From Promethearchaeota archaeon (GTDB taxonomy: Archaea > Asgardarchaeota > Lokiarchaeia > Sigyniarchaeales > SOKP01), in assembly GCA_030603385.1 (NCBI GenBank), contig JAUVXW010000021.1, forward strand, positions 1-64,000: a DNA stretch of 64,000 bases, written 5' to 3'. Each line of letters begins with the position of its first letter. The first letter of the stretch is position 1. Position numbers and translations under genes: made by a program. The notes below the pieces were generated by a model. The model had not been told where the DNA came from and made no database searches. It saw only the letters and a program-made list of their open reading frames with translations. Shown here piece by piece: positions 61,138-64,000 of this stretch.

Positions 61138-63249
61138 ATGTCAGAAAACCTTATAGTTATAGATATTACCGATGAGGAACACATAGTTCTCGATGGTTCG
61201 CAAAATCTTAAAGAAATATCCGGCAAAGGAACACTTGTTGTGAAAAATCCAACACAAAGAAGTAGATTATGGAATTTATTGTGTAATGTTAAAGAAAATG
61301 TAAACACTTCATTGGAATCGAAAGAACTTACACTAGGAACGTTAAATCCTGCACAAGATTTTAGTAAAGAATATGAAATAAAAGAACTCAAAGGCTCTTC
61401 TTTAAAGGTTGAGGAAATCTTTGATACAGATAAATCCGATTCTGCTAAAGTAAATAATGCATTTCTTTACAAAACAGATAACAAATGTAGTCTAAAACTC
61501 GTACTCACAAATCCTTTAAACTTACCTATCTTAGAAATAAAAGTTAAAAGGGACATGCCTGACTTTATTCAGGAAATTGAAATGAGGAATCCTAGTCATG
61601 GTGATGCTAGTTTAAAAGATGAAGAGGGGAAAAGAATTCTCGCTTGGGAGCTATCATCTTTAGATGCTCAAGCTAATGCTGAGCTTGAAATTTTCTTTAC
61701 CGTAAATATTAAGGAATTAGCTGCCCAAGAACTCGGTGTTTTAAACGTGAACTATCTAATTAATAATTATAAACTAACTATGATGAATCCCGAAGTTAGA
61801 GGATTAACAGATTCAATGAGTGGAATTGATAGAGATGAAGGCACTCAACCGGGCGTATGGGATTGCAATGTTGAATTTATTAATGAATCTGAATTCCAAG
61901 TAAAACTGGAAGATACAAAGGTAACTCAAAAAATTGCCACTGGTAGTGAGATGGTTGTTTCGCAGACGCCTGACAAAGTCTTAAATCCTGATGAATCATG
62001 GGATTTTGATTTTCAAGTTGAGGCTAAGGATGTACCTGAATTAAGCTCAGAAATAGGATTTACACCATTGTTTGTGGTAATTCCTAGAGTTGTTGGTGAA
62101 ATTATAAAAGAATCAACAATTTATGATGTGTTAAGCGCAACTATTGATAAAGCGATAAATCCACCAGAAGTTGATGCCTATGCTAATACTGATATGTCAA
62201 TTGTCAATACAATCGTAAATGAGGGTTCTTCAATAATCGAAAAGTTTTTCTTATCAGATGAGATTCCTACTGATTTTATTCCTCCTTTAGTTAAAGATAT
62301 AAAAATTACTTTAGGAGATATAGATATAAGTTCAAGGGAAGAATTTGTCAAAAAGATATTAATGGATCCGAGTGATCAAGATTTCTCTAAAAAACACCAA
62401 ATTTATGTTGAGTTATTTAACCTTACAAATGAATTTCTTGCAGGAAAAAAGATGGTAATTTCATATCCTCTTTTAGCAAGAAATCCTCGTCCACCTACTG
62501 AAACAAAATACATGACTCCGGTGAAAATAGAGATTAATAGTCCCCTAGAAGGTAAATCATTTATTAGAAGACCAGATGAAGAACCAGAATTAAAAGTAAG
62601 GTACGTAAAACGTAAATTGAAAACTCTTAAAAGTATTAAACCAGGACTTACTGAAGGAGAATTTAGCATTGGAGTAAGAGTACAGAATAAAGGAGAAGTA
62701 GAATTAGAAAATGTGCTAGTAAAAGAAATTATTCCAACCGGTTTTAGCCTAACTGAATTTACACCTCCAGCTGATGCAACTCATGAAGTGGTGCAAGTAG
62801 GAGATCTATCCGAATTGCATGTAAAGGTTACTGAGATAAAAGGTGGGTCATCCGTAAGCATTAACTACATTTGCTCTGGCTCAGGAGATTATCCTCGATC
62901 TGAACCTGTTATTATCGTTTTAGGTCGGGGCGGAGGAGAATCATCGAATTCTTCAGGAGCACCCCCAACAGGCACAGAAACACCAGAAGCGCATGTAGCA
63001 CATTCACAACTAAGCATGATCCATGATATCTTTATTGATCTTTCTAAGCAGGTAGATCAAGCAATTACCGGAGAAAAACTCGGTGATATTTTAGAAGGGA
63101 AAAGAGATGCATTACCTCCAGGGCCTATACTTCATCAAATATTAGCATATGCTAAAGATATGAAAGCTCTTGGTGATAAAATAATCGTTGGTTCATTGAG
63201 AGACGAAGTTATGGATAAGTTAAATGATTTTAAAAGCAAATATGTATGA
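61138..63249 (+). CDS. Large acidic multi-beta-sandwich cytoplasmic protein; N-terminal part resembles a mu-homology domain
   Basis: 703 aa with no signal peptide or TM; repeated Ig-like strands (..V.N.G...LENV.V.E.IP.GF) and a C-terminal helical domain after a G/S linker. Confidence 0.6.
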   Translation: MSENLIVIDITDEEHIVLDGSQNLKEISGKGTLVVKNPTQRSRLWNLLCNVKENVNTSLESKELTLGTLNPAQDFSKEYEIKELKGSSLKVEEIFDTDKSDSAKVNNAFLYKTDNKCSLKLVLTNPLNLPILEIKVKRDMPDFIQEIEMRNPSHGDASLKDEEGKRILAWELSSLDAQANAELEIFFTVNIKELAAQELGVLNVNYLINNYKLTMMNPEVRGLTDSMSGIDRDEGTQPGVWDCNVEFINESEFQVKLEDTKVTQKIATGSEMVVSQTPDKVLNPDESWDFDFQVEAKDVPELSSEIGFTPLFVVIPRVVGEIIKESTIYDVLSATIDKAINPPEVDAYANTDMSIVNTIVNEGSSIIEKFFLSDEIPTDFIPPLVKDIKITLGDIDISSREEFVKKILMDPSDQDFSKKHQIYVELFNLTNEFLAGKKMVISYPLLARNPRPPTETKYMTPVKIEINSPLEGKSFIRRPDEEPELKVRYVKRKLKTLKSIKPGLTEGEFSIGVRVQNKGEVELENVLVKEIIPTGFSLTEFTPPADATHEVVQVGDLSELHVKVTEIKGGSSVSINYICSGSGDYPRSEPVIIVLGRGGGESSNSSGAPPTGTETPEAHVAHSQLSMIHDIFIDLSKQVDQAITGEKLGDILEGKRDALPPGPILHQILAYAKDMKALGDKIIVGSLRDEVMDKLNDFKSKYV

Positions 63250-63516
63250 TTTTTTTTATTAAATTTATTTCTATTTTTTTCCAATTTTTTTATGGTAGTC
63301 ATTAAAATCCATTCAAAGTCATTTAAGGTCAATAACAATATGTAAGATTTAAAACTGAAAATATTAATCAATAAGAATATAAAAAAAGTTCTTCTCTTGA
63401 TAAATTTTCCAGTCTAATAACTAAAATTTAAGTTAAATTAAAAACTAGATTTTAACATATCCTATTTCAAAAAACATATTTCAAACAATACTATTAGTTA
63501 AGAAAAGGTTGATAAA

Positions 63517-64000
63517 ATGATACTTTTAATAACGATTGTTTTAGTATTTATTTTTTTATTAAATCTATTCATATACTGGAAAATATTTCTAAAAGAAAAG
63601 GATAAAAATAACAAATTAGTCAGATTTTTTTATAAGATATTTCCTATAATATGGACATTTACACTTATAACGATACCTATAATTAATTCAAGCTTTTTAA
63701 GAGCTTATTTTCCTGAAAATTCGAGCTATTTCGATGATTATTGGAATTTATTTGCATTGCTAGGTATAGTTTTCATCATTATTGGTATAAGTTTTGCCAA
63801 AAAAGCAAGAAAAGTATATAAGGTCAAACCTATGGACAAAGAAAGTTCTGAATTGATTACTTCCGATATTTTTAGAATTATTAGACATCCAGTCTATTCA
63901 GGATGGGTAATTATTTATCTTGGAGCTGCATTGATATCAGATTCACTTATTTCATTGATTCTATGTCCTATAATTTATATAATTTTAGAGTCCCATGCTT
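63517..64000 (+). CDS. Isoprenylcysteine carboxyl methyltransferase/PEMT family membrane protein (3'-truncated by window)
   Basis: Open frame from the ATG at 63517 with TM helices and LITSDIFRIIRHPVYSG. Confidence 0.8.
   Translation, partial: MILLITIVLVFIFLLNLFIYWKIFLKEKDKNNKLVRFFYKIFPIIWTFTLITIPIINSSFLRAYFPENSSYFDDYWNLFALLGIVFIIIGISFAKKARKVYKVKPMDKESSELITSDIFRIIRHPVYSGWVIIYLGAALISDSLISLILCPIIYIILESHA

Noticed and set aside
1927-63371. Many short ORFs in the track antisense to or nested in long genes (e.g. 1927-2181, 23161-23625, 56183-56623, 49052-49288)
   Set aside because: These are shadow ORFs of well-supported genes and have no recognisable motifs.

Overview
This is a low-GC archaeal window, very probably Asgard archaea (Lokiarchaeia). 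That call rests on Alba, a short histone, a nurA-herA-mre11-rad50 operon, a stand-alone gelsolin domain, Loki-type FN3/beta-propeller surface proteins and a Sec11-type signal peptidase. The left ~45 kb is a patchwork of heterotrophic metabolism: glycerol/G3P and AGPS-like flavoprotein, CoA transferase, two sulfatases, beta-oxidation enzymes, an aminotransferase/MMSDH/HOT cluster and a GH3. It also holds two toxin-antitoxin pairs and several gene remnants. The right ~17 kb is a chromatin/DNA-repair region. Main finding: the alba gene (48342-48651) is interrupted by a 31-nt segment (48565-48595) that carries the premature stop and a frameshift. The segment folds into a canonical bulge-helix-bulge (BHB) motif. 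Cutting at the standard tRNA-endonuclease positions restores a full-length 92-aa Alba, so this is a candidate archaeal-type mRNA intron in a chromatin-protein gene. Secondary observations: an in-frame TAG in an AGPS-like gene, a possible mu-homology-domain protein, a 57-bp promoter duplication flanking an inserted gene, and a back-to-back deletion scar. No tRNA, rRNA or CRISPR array was seen. All family assignments come from motif recognition, not from database searches.
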